A stretch of 64,000 nucleotides of DNA from contig CAYSPW010000003.1 of NCBI GenBank assembly GCA_964433095.1, forward strand, positions 7,034 to 71,033. Reading direction: 5' to 3'. Made by a program: the position numbers and the translations under genes. Shown here one piece after another: positions 63,724 to 64,000 of the stretch. Within the stretch, counting starts at the first letter, position 1. The number at the start of each line of letters is the position of its first letter. Source of the stretch: an uncultured Gammaproteobacteria bacterium (GTDB taxonomy: Bacteria; Patescibacteriota; Patescibacteriia; Magasanikbacterales; UBA922). The notes under the pieces were generated by a model. It was not told the origin of the DNA. It saw only the letters and a list, made by a program, of their open reading frames with translations, and searched no databases.

Positions 63724-64000
63724 TTAGAAATTTTTCATTACATATTCGGCCAGACGATTAGGTTCGTTGAAGCGGTCGTTTCGCGGCATGCCCATATTGA
63801 TCAGTACAAACCTTTTGCCGTCTTCTGGTCGTTCTATCAGCATAACCAGTCCGGCGCCCGATTCATAAAGATAGCCGGTTTTGCTTGCTACAATTTCATA
63901 CTTAAGATCCGGTCTTGTCATTAATTCATTGCTGTGATAATCATAATGATCCGGATTACCGTCAATATCGTACAATTCGGTGTATTCATAATAATCCATG
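63724..64000 (-). CDS. D-alanyl-D-alanine carboxypeptidase (S11 PBP)-like, partial (runs off window end)
   Basis: VASKTGYLYESGAGLVMLIE...RFVLINMGMP resembles the KTG box and following strand of S11 DD-carboxypeptidases. KTG lies near the apparent N-terminus, so the gene must start beyond coordinate 64000. Confidence 0.45.
   Translation of the reverse strand, partial: MDYYEYTELYDIDGNPDHYDYHSNELMTRPDLKYEIVASKTGYLYESGAGLVMLIERPEDGKRFVLINMGMPRNDRFNEPNRLAEYVMKNF

Noticed and set aside
1-64000. CRISPR array or other regularly spaced direct repeats
   Set aside because: No repeat-spacer periodicity seen on reading through all intergenic regions; the only internal repeats are the 45-aa duplication inside the zinc-ribbon gene and protein-level DxDxDG repeats.

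Overview
This 64 kb window looks like a chromosomal segment from a small-genome, AT-rich bacterium, most plausibly a Candidate Phyla Radiation / Patescibacteria-like lineage. That placement is inference from several archaeal- or eukaryote-type enzymes (ELP3, archaeal-type UMP kinase, PGI/PMI-family SIS isomerase), an AlaRS lacking the C-Ala domain, an RpoA lacking the alpha-CTD, O-antigen-ligase-like membrane proteins with TPR tails, and many small CxxC zinc-ribbon ORFs. Coding density is high and most of the window is housekeeping.

Main content, in order:
- Core metabolism and translation: gdhA, leuS, glyA-tsaE, mnmA, alaS.
- DNA uptake, cell wall and small-molecule genes: a two-gene ComEC, an L,D-transpeptidase, pyrH, queH, a 3D-domain protein.
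- tRNA wobble modification: an ELP3-like radical-SAM/GNAT enzyme divergent from a Trm9-like methyltransferase.
- Cell-wall cluster: Mpl/MurC-family ligase, a Bpt/ATE-like transferase, mraY, murB.
- Secretion and replication: hpf, secA, secD-secF, dnaG, rpoD.
- Redox and sugar genes: sodA, a PGI/PMI-family isomerase, a DsbA-like protein next to a thioredoxin-CcdA fusion.
- A soluble TraD/VirD4-like ATPase and an O-antigen-ligase-like TPR protein.
- The alpha ribosomal operon infA-rpmJ-rpsM-rpsK-rpsD-rpoA-rplQ followed by rplM-rpsI.
- A glycan cluster (flippase, GT4, GT2, a second Wzy-like protein), then fmt-def-priA, a Memo/LigB-like protein, and a partial DD-carboxypeptidase at the window edge.

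Most unusual observations:
- a Nudix-like domain inserted inside LeuRS;
- an adjacent ELP3 + Trm9-like pair, implying a eukaryote-like mcm5U34 pathway;
- a SecD carrying two parvulin (PpiC) domains in its periplasmic head;
- a GC-rich two-gene island (Cys-rich lipoprotein plus a UPRT-like phosphoribosyltransferase) bounded by clean terminators, next to a decayed KsgA remnant;
- an ATP-grasp ligase / C40 peptidase operon converging on three tiny SD-preceded Cys-rich ORFs;
- a free-standing LysW-like zinc-ribbon ORF;
- a PriA that has lost its Walker A motif.

No rRNA, tRNA or CRISPR arrays were recognised. All coordinates for promoters, terminators and small ORFs were derived by hand from the printed sequence and should be treated as approximate.
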